NCBI RefSeq assembly: GCF_006345805.1
Contig: NC_043022.1
Span: 6,758,001 to 6,822,000 of the forward strand
Length of the DNA stretch: 64,000 nucleotides
Reading direction: 5' to 3'
From: Octopus sinensis
Lineage: Eukaryota
Shown here: positions 12,808 through 24,915 of the stretch, piece by piece
How positions within the stretch are numbered: the first letter of the stretch is position 1
Layout of the letters: the number at the start of each line of letters is the position of its first letter
Notes under the pieces: generated by a model
What the model saw: only the letters and a program-made list of their open reading frames with translations
What the model was told of the DNA's origin: nothing
Databases searched by the model: none
Translations under genes and position numbers: made by a program

Positions 12808-13292
12808 TTTCTTTGTGTGTTGATCATTACTGCTTTGACCCTTTCTGCCTGGCTGATACATATTTGTACCAATCAAAAATTTTACAAACCATATCTTTAA
12901 AATTCCCATTCTCTGTGTGATGCAGTGTAGTACCACTCTGGTTTTTCTGGTAAGTATGTAGTGCCACGTGTATGATCAGAGTGTATGACACTATAATGAC
13001 AGTTCAAAAGGCTCACATGCATACAAACCCCACACCCATACCGATTTGAAAAAAAGTCCCCTTGAAATGGTTAATGGGAATTTTAATAGATATTTAAGTT
13101 TTGCCTGCTATACTGGGAACATTGTGTGATATGGTTAATAACCTCTGAATATGGTGGGGTTAAAAAAAATTGAAACCTAAGTTGGATTTGAATTCAGATA
13201 TCTTCAGTTATTTATTGTCCATCATCTATAAATCTGGTTCCACATGGGATGCCAACCAACATTTTCCATTTGTTTTTTCTTTTTTTTTTTAG

Positions 13293-13515
13293 ATTCTCCT
13301 GGTCTGCGAAATTCAGGGCGTTCCTCTCAATCAGCTGCAAACAACTCTTTATTGTTAACACCAACTGCAACATCAGTTAAGAGGACCAGCAAGTCCCTTC
13401 GATTTGCTGAGCCAGCTTCCAGAAATTTCTCTCCAAATTCTTCCAACGGTTCTTATACATCAATGTCAGCATTGTTATCAAAGACGGCTCCCAGAACAGA
13501 AATATCTGCTGCTGA
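13293..13515 (+). CDS. AHCTF1: ELYS exon H (contains KSLRF, RVxF-like)
   Basis: Poly-T tract + ag|. Encodes DSPGLRNSGRSS...KRTSKSLRFAEP...ISAA. Donor ga|gtaatt is weak but the only one giving phase 2 for the next exon. Confidence 0.75.
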
Positions 13516-13561
13516 GTAATTATATTTATTTCACAACAAAATAAATCCACTTCCAGTTATC

Positions 13562-13594
<33 letters not shown>

Positions 13595-13715
13595 GCATTG
13601 CCTTTCATCCTTTTGGAGTTGATAAATTAAGTACCAGTGAAACATTGGGGTCAATGTCATTGACTAGTCCCCTCCCCCAAAATTTCAGACCTTGTGTCTA
13701 TAGTAGAAAGAATTA

Positions 13716-14126
13716 TCTCTATCTCTATATATATATATAAACGGCAGTTTGTCTGTCTGTGTGTCTGTTAGGTTGTACCCTCACCCTGACCACGGCTTTC
13801 AACCGATTCTGATGAAACTTGACACACACATAGCCCAATGTCATAATTCAAAACTAACGCAGCGTAAATTTTGAAAATTTCTCCCAGTTCTGAAAAAAAA
13901 TCGATAAATTCAACATGGGGTCGAGAATCTAAGCTTTTTATATGCAACACATTTTCTGTCGGGAGACAGCTAGGAAAATCGTATACATAGAAGTATTTGA
14001 GTGAAGAGAAGACGTTGCAACCTACACATGCGCCTTCGTTCCCTGGAGGGAAAGAACTAGATTGGAATTAGTCGTTGCCTACTAGGGGCTCTTACATACC
14101 CGGGCAACGCCGGGCTATGCTGCTAG
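13716..14126 (+). mobile_element. Non-autonomous Helitron, variant A-Y
   Basis: Same 5' ~210 bp as variant A-X, then a different 3' half ending cccgggcaacgccgggctatgctgCTAG|T. Confidence 0.8.
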
Positions 14127-15769
14127 TTATTATTAAAGGTGGCCAGCTGGCAGAATCGTTTGCATGCTGAGCAAAATGCTTAGCGACACTTCATCCACCT
14201 TCATGTTCTGGGTTCAAATTCCATTGAGGTTTCATCCTTTTGTAGTTGATGAATTAAGAACCAGTGAAACAGTGGGGTCAGTGTAATTAACTAAAAATTT
14301 CAGGCCTTGTGCCTTTAGTAGAAAGGATTATTATTATTATTCACATACACTCAACAGATTAGACTCTTGAAAAACTGAAGAATCCTAACATTGGGCTACA
14401 ATCAGTTGCCTTAGATGCCAAGAACCCTCCTAAGTATCCTAGCTGTCCCTAGTTTCCTGCAGCTGTACTAAACTGGGTTTTATGTCTATTTCCTCTATCC
14501 ATATGTTCAGATCTTTAGAGATAGTTCTCGATGCACCTATAACTACTGGGATACATTATTATTATTTATATTTCTTTATTGCCCACAAGGGGCTAAACAT
14601 AGAGGGGACAAATAAGGACAGACAAAGGGATTAAGTCGATTACAACGACCCCAGTGCGAAACTGGTACTTTATTTATCGAAAGGATGAAAGGCAAAGTCG
14701 ACCTCGGCGGAATTTGAACTCAGAACGTAGCGGCAGACGAGATACGGCTTCGCATGTCACCCGACGTTTCTGCCAGCTCGCCGCCTTTGAATACATTATT
14801 ATTATTGAATACATTATTATTATTGAGAGAGCAGTGCATGCCATCAAAGTGACACTGGGGTAAAATATATGAAGCCCAGTATACCCATCATGATTGCCCG
14901 TCTGATAAGGGTACATGCACTGCAACCATTTGTGCATGACCTGATGATCTCATATCAAGATAAACAGTGCATGACCTTGCAGGTGGGGCCCTGTTAAAAT
15001 TTTCTTTAGGTCAATTAGTCCATCCCCTTCAAAAGGTCCTTGAATAAGGGATGATGAATGAAACATCCATGTTTCCCAAGGTGATTTATCCAAACACCAA
15101 AGAATTCCCCCACTACTTCTGCTCATGATCAGAGACGCGCGTATTATTATTATTTTTACGAGGGCACATGGCCTAATGGTTAGGGTATTGCACTCCCGAT
15201 TGCAAGATTCTGGTTTCAATTCCCAGACCAGTTGATGTGTTGTGTTCTTGGGTACAACATATCGTCTCACATTGCTCTGTGATCACTTTGACACCTGATG
15301 CAAGGTAGACTTGTGCACCTGTTCAGACAATGTCAACTTGATGGAGGGTAGTGAGCTAATGTACATCTCTTGCATTTGATTCCTAAAAACAAATCGTTTG
15401 TGTTGGTCATTTGGTTGTTTTCTCTTTTTATTCCAATTTGCTCCCAGTAACATTGGTGACAGATTTCAAATGGGTTAGTCACTGGTTCACTCCATTGCTA
15501 AGTGGATTGCTCAATTCAAATGGTCAGCCTTTACTATAAGGGGACACATGTCTGTGGTATACTCAGCCCTAGTAGGTCATTCAGTTGTTCAAATAACTAT
15601 GCACTTGTGAAACTGGTGGATGATCTCTTTATTTGCACTCTAGCACAGCCTTTGTTCGGTGTGTGTACTTGTGCTGCAGCATGGTCTTGGCTGTGCTGCC
15701 TAATTCAAACTACTGGCCATGCTGGAGCACCACTGTCATATCTACAGTATTTAATCTTTCTCGTTTCAG

Positions 15770-16451
15770 TCGACATCAGGTGATGGACAACATATTGGCT
15801 TTGCTGGACAACAACAATGTTGAAGCTGGTCGAGAGGTGACAGAGATGGACACAGATGGTGTGGAGGAGGAGGAGGAGGAAGAAGAGGAGGACACCGGTT
15901 CTTTCATTGAAGAGGAGGAAGATGACGACTACGAGGAAGAACACAGGCGCAAAATGCATGTTGATGATGATGATGATGAAGAAGAAGAAGAAAGCGGGCT
16001 GTTGAGAAGGTGGTGGCGGCAGAAGTGGCACGGGTTTTAGCTGAAGTCAGGAAAGTGAAGAGACAGGAAGAAGAGGAAGAGGAAGATGATGATGATGATG
16101 ATTATTATGAGGAGGAAGAGGATGGTGAGATGCAAGTTGATGATTCTGACAACAGTGAGGATCTGACACAGCAACAACAACAACAACAACGATGGCGGCA
16201 ACCTGTCTCCGGTCAACGGGAATTTGGTGAAGAATTAAGCAGCAGCTACCGAGCCATTGGTAGTCAGGCGATGCCACCAGTGGAGGGCCAAACAGGCTCA
16301 TTGGCTTCAACAGAATCAACTGAACAGGTGGATAACGATCAGGTGTCCTACACAACAGACTCTGATGACGTGCTCGATCGCTCTGACATGCTTCAACACA
16401 CGCTCAGGGTTGACAGTGACATTGTTTTTGCATTTCCAGATTCTGTTAATG
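15770..16451 (+). CDS. AHCTF1: ELYS exon I, acidic; contains an apparent 1-nt deletion near 15991-15993
   Basis: cgtttcag| and aatg|gtaagt. ORFs 15633-16040 and 16010-16459 overlap in different frames. The splice phases need 683 nt but the exon is 682. Confidence 0.7.
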
Positions 16452-17587
16452 GTAAGTAACTTTGCCTTCTTGTCATTGAAACAAAACTAGAAATGTATTT
16501 GTTAATATTGAGTGGCACTGGACTGGCTCCTTTGCAGGTGGCATGTAAAAAACACCATTTGAGCGTGGCTGTTGCCAGTACCGCCTGACTGGCCCTCGTG
16601 CCGGTGGCACATAAAAGCACCCACTACAGTCTCTCTCTCAAATGGCAGTCCATGTGCCTCTTAATAGATGCACAGGGAAGTTCAAATATAATGCTGTAAG
16701 CAGCAGGAGCAGTGTAAAATTGGCAGCTGCTCTGTTGCTGGAACATTCACTTCCTCCTGATATAGGATAGGCACTCTCAGGCTGACCCATTGTGTCTTTT
16801 GGCCGTTTATTTCCAATCTTTTCACTACCAACGACCCCCTTTTATTTAAATGGACTCTTCCACAGTCTCCAGGCTGTTTTGAAAAGTTTGTTGCCTCAAT
16901 AAGCTGAGTTGATTAACTAACAAGAAACTAGTTTTAATTATGAGTAGCCTAGTAATTAAGCCTAGTAAAGTAATTGTTTGTGGCGTGAAGTGAGCATTTC
17001 TGCCTGACCGAGTAACAGAGTTGTAGCTGAGTCTTTATTTCTCTGATTGAGGTTGTTCAGCAAAGCAAGACCCCTGCACCATCACACTCTCTTGGTGAGT
17101 CCAGGGATGATAGGGAAAGGGGTAACGGGGATGGGTAGAGAGGATGCTACTGGAAGTCTTCAGCTTTGACCTTCCACTCAGATAGCCACTGGGTGATGGT
17201 CATTATGAAGCTGTCTCCTGCTGAATCCTTGTTTGTTGATCGCACAAAAGAATCCTCCTCCCTCTTCCTCCACCCCTCACCTCACTCCACATCCTCATTT
17301 CTTTTCCTCTCCCCTCCACCACATTGTCTCTCTCAGTTGTTCAACTTGCTAGAAATAGCAGTTAGATCATACTCTTGGGGAAGGGAAATAAAAAAAAAAA
17401 AGGGACATAAGTGTGTGGTTGTGGATTCACTGTGCCTAAGAAAGAAGGGGTGATCGCCATGGCTGGACTGCTCTCCCTCATTAGCTCATTTTGAACTGTC
17501 TAGGGGTTAAACAACAACACACACACACAATCACACATGCACACGTTTTATGTGATGTGAACCCAAAGTATTTGTTTCATTTTTCAG

Positions 17588-18225
17588 AGAGATCATCTGA
17601 TGCAGTGACCCACACAAGCAAAAGACTTCACATTGAGGTGGACACGGAGGAGGAGGATGGTGATGATGATGTAGCTATGGAGTCTGTGGAACCAGACACA
17701 GATGTCACAGAGGCAGTGAGAGACAGCGAACCACCACCACTCCAGAGGGAGTCTTTACATACGTCTACCACCACCACCATCACCACGTTTGATGTTACCG
17801 CTACTGTTCCTACTCTTCCTGCTACTACTCCTACTTTTACTACTACACCTCCTCCTACTCCTCCTACCACCACAGTCACTGCTTCTGCTACTCATGAGGA
17901 TGAGACTGCTGCTGCTGGTTGTTACCAGATTGATGATGATGTGGATGAATACCACCACGAGGACTCCATGGCAAACATCCTGCTCAAACACGCGTCCCAT
18001 TTACTGGCATCGTCCACCTCCCACACCACCAAAGTTATCTCCCCCGCTGCACCCCCGCCCCCACCTATTGTGGACTTGACCGACGATCAAGATGAGGAGG
18101 TTGACTACAGTTATGACTTCATAGAGGGAAGACAACAGGCTAACCGGGTGGAAGGTGACAATTTCTTTGAACCAGAAGAATCCAATGATATCCTGGAGAT
18201 TTGTCCCCTCTCTGCGCCACAACAG
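17588..18225 (+). CDS. AHCTF1: ELYS exon J (Thr/Pro-rich and acidic)
   Basis: tttttcag| ... cag|gtaaaa, inside ORF 17491-18324. Phase 1 to 0. Confidence 0.8.
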
Positions 18226-18331
18226 GTAAAAATCTTTTTGATTCCTCTGTCCACTGTTTTTTGTTTTTCATTCTTTTTATGGTTTTTACTTTGTTTTTAT
18301 GTCTGTTTTACCTTGCTAGTATGAGTTAGAT

Positions 18332-19577
18332 CAGTACTTTTCAACCGTTTCTATACTCATGGACCCCTCTGATTTCTTTTTAATAATAATAATAATTGTG
18401 TACAGTGCTCAGGTGCACTACAACTCATCTAAAGTGTATATATAATCAGGTGTAGTTTCGGCGGATTTCGGAAAGCATGAGGGCCTTAAAAGATGCAGTG
18501 TCATGGCAGTCAACAACTGACGCAGGCAGTTTATTCCATGCTTCAGCAACTCTGAGCGTGAAAAAATGTTTCCGAAAGTCATGGGAGCTGTGTTGTTTTC
18601 TGACTTTGTAGGCATGTCCACGTGTGTTAGACACATGGAGATCAAAAAGGTGTTCAGTGTTGTTGTTGGTGAGGTGGTTGATAACTTTGTGGTGTTTACC
18701 AAGTCCGTCGCCAGATGCCGGAGCTTCAGGGAAACAAGGCGCTCAGAATATGGTAGGTGTCTGATGTTTACTCGGCTGGACTTCCATATTCATTCCGTCT
18801 TGAAAAAAAAATCTTGTATTTTTCTTCATCATCGTACGTCTGTTGTCCATGCTGGCATGGGTTGGGTGACTTGACCAGAGCTGGCAAGCTAAGGAGCTGC
18901 ACCAGACCCCAGACTGATTTGGCATGGTTTTCTGTGGCTGGATGTCCTTCCTAACACCAACCACTTTACAGAAGAGTGTACTGGGTGCTTTTATGTGGCG
19001 CTGCACACGTGGATCCACCTGTTTATGTGACAGAGCCATGAGTGCAGAATTGTATAAAAATCAATTCCTAAAATATTTTGTTAATTTTTAGAAATATAAC
19101 CAATTCTATTCTTTACTTGCTTCATTCTGCGGCCATGCTGGAACACCGCCTTTAGTCGAACAAATCGACCCCAGGATTTAGTCTTTGTAAGCCTAGTACT
19201 TATTCTATCAGTCCCTATTGCCAAACTGCCAAGTTATGGGGACATAAACACACCAACATCCATTGTTAAGCGATGGTGGGGGGACAAACACAGACACGCA
19301 AATATAAACATTCACACATACATATATACATATATATGATGGGCTTCTTTCAGTTTCCGTCTACCAAATCCATTCAGAAGGCTTTGGTTAGCCTGAGGCT
19401 ATAGTTGAGGACACTTGCCCAAGCTGCCACCCAGTGGGACTGAACCTGGGACCATGTGGTTGGGAAGCAAGCTCCTTACCACACAGCCACTCCTTATTGA
19501 ACATAAATTTTAACAGCAAAATTTTATATGCTACCCCCCCCCCCAGCCGGTCATAGGACTGCAGTCGAAAACTACTG
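18332..19577. mobile_element. hAT-type MITE interrupted by three nested retroelements
   Basis: Ends cagtacttttcaacc / gtcgaaaactactg; 8-bp flanks agttagat / agtttgac; interior start resembles 20026-20402. Confidence 0.5.
18381..18762 (-). mobile_element. 3' fragment of a second CR1-like LINE family, (ATT)n tail
   Basis: Translation TRGHAYKVRKQHSSHDFRKHFFTLRVAEAWNKLP is a CR1 ORF2 C-terminus. Second copy at 57729-58178. Confidence 0.8.
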
Positions 19578-20025
19578 AGTTTGACAAATACATCATTGAG
19601 GCATTGTTTTGCAGCTGAATGCTCTTCCTGTGCTGATCCTTACATGACTTTCAAATAAGGGATCCCTTGTTCCATGTCTTTCAAAGTGTAGACCCATTGG
19701 ACAATTTGTTGGTGGAAAATTACAAAAAACTTCACTTGTAGAACAATGATATTCACATGATTCCCCACACACACATGGTGGGCTTCCTTTCAATTTCCAT
19801 TCACCATATCCAACCGCTAGGTTTTGATCGGCCCTGGGCTATAATAAAAGATATTTGCCCTAGACAACTGTGCAGTGGGACTGAACCGGTCACACAGTTA
19901 TGTCTGATGTTTTGAAATTTCCTTGAGATTTCTCGCTTGATTTAATGAAGGCTTCTTTGTCCTTCGAAATTCTGCGACAAGGAATCACCATCATCTCTTC
20001 CTTCCTTCAGACCAGATGTTTAGGC

Positions 20026-20402
20026 CACTGGTTCTCAACCAATTTTAACCTATGGACCCCTTTGATTAATAATCTTTTCTAACCACTTGATGCTTAAAAG
20101 CCAGTTTTATAGAGACTTCTTTCAAAATTCCTATTTTGCTTTCCACTCATTCACTTGTGTGGGTTTGCAATGGAATTCTCTGGGAGAACATGTTTCAGTG
20201 ACCAAAAACATGTCAAACAATGTAAAGAATCAGAGAAAGAAACCTGGCTCTTTCTTGCAATAAATACATCTAAATTTTTATCATGGACCCTTAAAATGCT
20301 GCTGTGGATCCTCACTTCACTATTTTTCTTGTATGTACGCCAAATGTCTTATATGACCTTCCCCCCACCCCAGGTTGTCTGGACCTTGGTTGAGAACCAA
20401 GA
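20026..20402. mobile_element. hAT-type MITE
   Basis: TIR cactggttctcaacc / ggttgagaaccaag; degenerate 8-bp flanks gtttaggc / gtttaagg. Confidence 0.6.
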
Positions 20403-21987
20403 GTTTAAGGTAAAGTTCTGTTTCATTCACTTTTGATGAATTTTTCTCTTCTGTTTATCAAATGAGTGAACAGGCAAGAGCACTAGAAATAGCAGCCTAG
20501 TCTTCCATCTCTGGCATGGAATGAAGTTTGCTTTCCAACAACATGCTTCTGGCAAATGTAAGTGCAGGGGTTGATTCTTCATGCAGGGTTCCAGCGATGA
20601 ATGTCAGAAACCAAAAAGATTTGAAAATAAGGTTCTGAAATCCCTCCTCTGTCAATTTGAATAACAAACAGCCTTTACAGAATGGGACAGAAATTAGAGA
20701 AACGGATTAAAATTGTCTCCCTTAGATTAGGCTTAGTTTGTGTGTAATTACACACACACGCACATATATATATATATATATATCATCATCATCATCATTT
20801 AGCGTCCGCTTTCCATGCTAGCATGGGTTGGACGGTTTAACTGGGGTCTGTGAAGCTGGAAGGCTTCGTCAGGCCCAGTCAGATCTGGCAGTGTTTCTAC
20901 GGCTGGATGCCCTTCCTAACGCCAACCACTCCGTGAGTGTAGTGGGTGCTTTTTACGTGCCACCCGCACAGGTGCCAGACAGAGCTGGCAAACGGCCACG
21001 AACGGATGGTGCTTTTACGTGTCACCGGCACGGGGCCAGGCGATGCTGGCAACGGCCACGAACGGATGGTGCTTTTACGTGTCACCGGCACGGGGCCAGG
21101 CCAGGCTGGCAACGGACATGAACGGATGGTGCTTTTACGTGCCACCGACACGGGGCCAGACAGAGCTGGCAAACGGCCACGAACGGATGGTGATAGTTAA
21201 TCCAAACAAGGAAACACAAAAAAACACAACGCGAGGACGTGGAACAAATAAAGTATTATTGGACTCTCAGGAAAGAAGGGAAGATAGCTAAGATCAAAGT
21301 CTAATATCTATTCTTATTAGTTGATATAATGTGTGTGTGTTTTGAAACCAGTAAAAACGAGAATGGCTCCAAAATATGAGAAACCACAAAGACGAGGTGA
21401 AAGAACATTTCAGGTAGTTTCATTTATAGGATCAACATATCTTTGTGTTGTGGGGTGGATTGGGATTTGAAGAATTCATCTTTTGCGTTGCTTTTTAAAA
21501 GTTTTGCAGTTGCTTACAACAAAATGGTGGTGACAAACAAATGAACTGTTTTATCTCCATATCTTCGTTGAAATATGCTGCATTTGTCAGAATTAATTTT
21601 GAAAATATGGAAAATTTAGTAAAATGATTTTGTTATTATTAATCCTTTGAGCCGTGATCTTTTTGGTACTCTTTCATCCTGTGCCTGAGTTCCTAAGCCA
21701 TTTATACCCGAGTCTAACAGGGGTAAGGAGCAAGACTGTCATAACATATACATGATACAATTCCTACATTGCTGTTACTCTTTACTCTTTTACTTGTTTC
21801 AGTCATTTGACTGCGGCCATGCTGGAGCACCGCCTTTAGTCGAGCAAATCGACCCCGGGACTTATTGTTTTTGTAAGCCCAGTACTTATTCTATCGGTCT
21901 CTTTTGCCGAACCGCTAAGTTACGGGGACGTAAACACACCACCATCGGTTGTCAAGCAATGCTAGTGGGACAAACACAGACACACAA

Positions 21988-22018
<31 letters not shown>

Positions 22019-22740
22019 CATATACGACAGGCTTCTTTCAGTTTCCGTCTACCAAATCCACTCACAAGACTTTGGTCGGCCCGGGGCTATAGCAGAAGAC
22101 ACTTGCCCAAGATGCCACGCAGTGGGACTGAACCCGGAACCATGTGGTTGGTTAGCAAGCTACTTACCACACAGCCACTACTGCACGGCCACAAAGCATA
22201 CAAACACTTGATATCGCCTGACGTTTTTATGCCAATATTGCACTCTTCAGGTGGTGCTCCAGCTTTGCCACAAACGAATGAAAACCGTTGAACCAAGTGA
22301 AATCATGACTGATGCCAGTGCCACCTGACTGGTTCCCATGCCAGTGGTACATAAAAAGTACTCTCGGAGTGGTTTGCATTAGGAAGAGCAACCAACTGTA
22401 GAAACTTCAGTCAAACTGTCCAACCCAGTCCAGCATGGAAAGCAGATGTTAAACGATGATGCACCATGTTGGATTAGTAGACCAGAACCACTATTCATTA
22501 GTTTGTTTCTGGAGCCTTTGTGGCATGCAAATTGGTTTGAGTGGTGAAGTTTCTCTGGAATTGGCAAAGTTTCCTGGAGAGGTGGTCAGCTTATGACAGT
22601 CCAGACAGGTAGTAGGGAGCTCATTTCTGGACCTTGAGTCTTTGGCATTCATCGCTGGAAGAGGGAATGGCTTCATCATGCTGCAGAATCATCAGACACA
22701 TGTGGACATCATGTGGTGAACTCAATGGGAGCTGCCTTAA

Positions 22741-23092
22741 CCCCTTTTTGGGTAAATGCCATTGCAAAATGAAGAGGAATTGATCAATCCAGAAATCTAT
22801 TTACAAACTCAACTGGGCTTACACTCCCCATTTCTGCTGCCTGGAATGGTGTTTGACCTACAAGTTGAAGTGTCATATGGACCTTTGCTGATGGCATCCA
22901 GTGTTGTAGTTCCCCTCTCTCTCTTTTCACACCATTTGATCCATTCTCCAAACCAGTTTCATTGTCCCTGTTTTCACTTGCTATTCTGGGTCTGTCATCA
23001 TCAGAAACAGATTCCAAGTCACTGCTTTGGTAATTTGCATCATCTTTGCCATCAAATTCACTGAATTCATCCAATATGTTGAACTCTGCCAT
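22741..23092 (-). mobile_element. Possible piggyBac transposase N-terminal relic abutting a TTAA|CCCCTT end
   Basis: ORF 22784-23092 has an acidic N-terminus, then W...G...SPVEFVNRFLD, resembling piggyBac N-termini. No catalytic motifs are seen. Confidence 0.4.
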
Positions 23093-23102
23093 TTATAGAG
23101 AA

Positions 23103-23489
23103 CTAGCAGTATCGCCCGGCGTTGCTCGGGTTTGTAAGGGAAATAACTATAAAGCATTTTTAGTGAGTTATAGCCAAAATATAGCAAAAAAATGGGGAAA
23201 AAATGATGGTAAATTTTTTTTTTTGAGAGTTAAAAAGGTGGAGTTGCGTCCCCTAGACAGTCTGTGGTTTGTGTTTCTGATTCTCGACCCCATGTCGAAT
23301 TTATCGATTTTTTTCAGAACTGGGGGAACATTTCAAAATTTTCTCTGCGTTAGTTTTGAATTATGACATTGGGCTATGTGTGTGTCAAGTTTCATCAGAA
23401 TCGGTTGAAAGCCGTGGTCAGGGTGAGGGCACAACCTGACAGACACACAGACACGCAGACAGACAAACTGCCGTTTATATAGAGAGAGA
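23103..23489 (-). mobile_element. Non-autonomous Helitron, variant A-X
   Basis: Reverse-complement copy of the 5803-6190 family with intact termini. Confidence 0.85.
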
Positions 23490-23922
23490 TATTCCAGAAC
23501 TTATCCATAATGTCCAGAGAATAACCCCTGAACATAAAACCCTTTTGTTCGTAGAACACACTTCTTAATTATCCAACCATTCGAGCTCATCTTCAGAAAA
23601 TAGACAACAGAAAACATCACCCATGGCCACCCACACAGATCTGCTCTTGCGGGTGTAGTAAATGCATATCTAAGTGTTGGGATGGGGGGAACCAAATGGC
23701 TGGCATAAGACAGGGAGTCAAGGGGTGGGAGCTGATGTGTCTGTGCTTGGTCGATGGTGTTGTCCCTTCATGCATCCAAGGGGAGAGGGGCAAGCTATGG
23801 TAATATTGACCCTGGAAGGATTTCAAGTCACTTTCTGTTGTTGTTGTAATTGTTGTTTCTATTTCTTTAAATATTTTTTTTATGGATTTTTAATTGATTT
23901 TTTTTTTTTTCTTTTTCAGCAG

Positions 23923-24915
23923 CCCACCTTGTCATCAAGTTATTACCATTCGACGACGAAGATAGAGGAGACACCTGCAGAACAGATACTGATTGATGAT
24001 GATGAGGAGGAGGAGGCAGAAGTGGTGGAGGAAGAAGAGGAGGAGGAGGAGGCAGAAGTGGTGGAGGAAGAAGAGGAGGAGGAGGAGGCAGAAGTGGTGG
24101 CGGAAGAAGAGGAGGAGGAGGCAGAAGTGGTGGCGGAAGAAGAGGAGGAGGAGGCAGAAGTGGTGGAGGAAGAAGAGGAGGAGGCAGAAGTGGTGGAGGA
24201 AGAAGAGGAGGAGGCAGAAGTGGCGGAGGAAGAAGAGGAGGTGGAGGCAGAAGTGGCGGAGGAAGAAGAGGAGGAGGCAGAAGTGGCGGAGGAAGAAGAG
24301 GAGGAGGCAGAAGTGGTGGAAGAGGATAGTGAAGAGGATGGGGGATTTGTTAAAGTAGAACATGTGGAGGAGGAGGAGGAAGAGAGAGATGATGCTAGTA
24401 AAGCAAGTTCAGTGCAAGAGGAGGTTGGTGTTAGGGTGGAAGAAACGGAAATGGGCAAGCTGTTGGCGGTGCAGGAAGATGAAGATGAAGATGTTGGTAG
24501 TGAGGCTGAGTCCGTTACAATGGAAACTGCAGCCAGGACAGACACAATGAGCCAGATCAGGGTTTCAGAAGTTCAACCAGAGCCTTGTCACTTTGACCAC
24601 AACGACAGGGTCAATGAGGGCAATGTCCCAGAGCAAACGGCCACAGATGTGATACCCGTGGCCGCCGCTGCTGCCCCATCAACCCCACTGGATTCTGAGA
24701 ACGAAGATACAGAGATGAGAGTTTCCCATATCGATGAGCAGCAGCAGCAGCTTACTAACCAAGAGGAAGACGATGGTGGCGTGGTTCTGGACGGTCATGT
24801 CACGTCTGCATCTTCGTCCGATAACCTCACTTCCTTTTCTTTGTCAGACACTTCTTGTATGTCAGCCCCTTCATCGACGACAAGGCAGGAAGTCACAATG
24901 GAAGCTGAAACAATG
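23923..24915 (+). CDS. AHCTF1: ELYS exon K (Glu-rich repeat exon; alternative NAGNAG start 23920)
   Basis: Poly-T tract + cagcag|; donor atg|gtaaga; inside ORF 23674-25200. Phase 0 to 0. Confidence 0.8.

Noticed and set aside
16010-16459. Treating ORFs 15633-16040 and 16010-16459 as two exons split by a micro-intron
   Set aside because: No GT...polypyrimidine-AG pair lies in the overlap, and a single missing A explains both frames and the exon length.
22217-22250. Minus-strand CTGAAGA-GTGC...GCAT-AAAAAC-GTC
   Set aside because: No GAAA, no loop III and no stem I; too degenerate to support.
23935-24550. Antisense and alternate-frame ORFs over exon K (poly-S, LLLFFLHHF, RRRQKWW); similar ones over exons I, J and M
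   Set aside because: Shadows of the low-complexity ELYS frame, with no splice signals or independent support.
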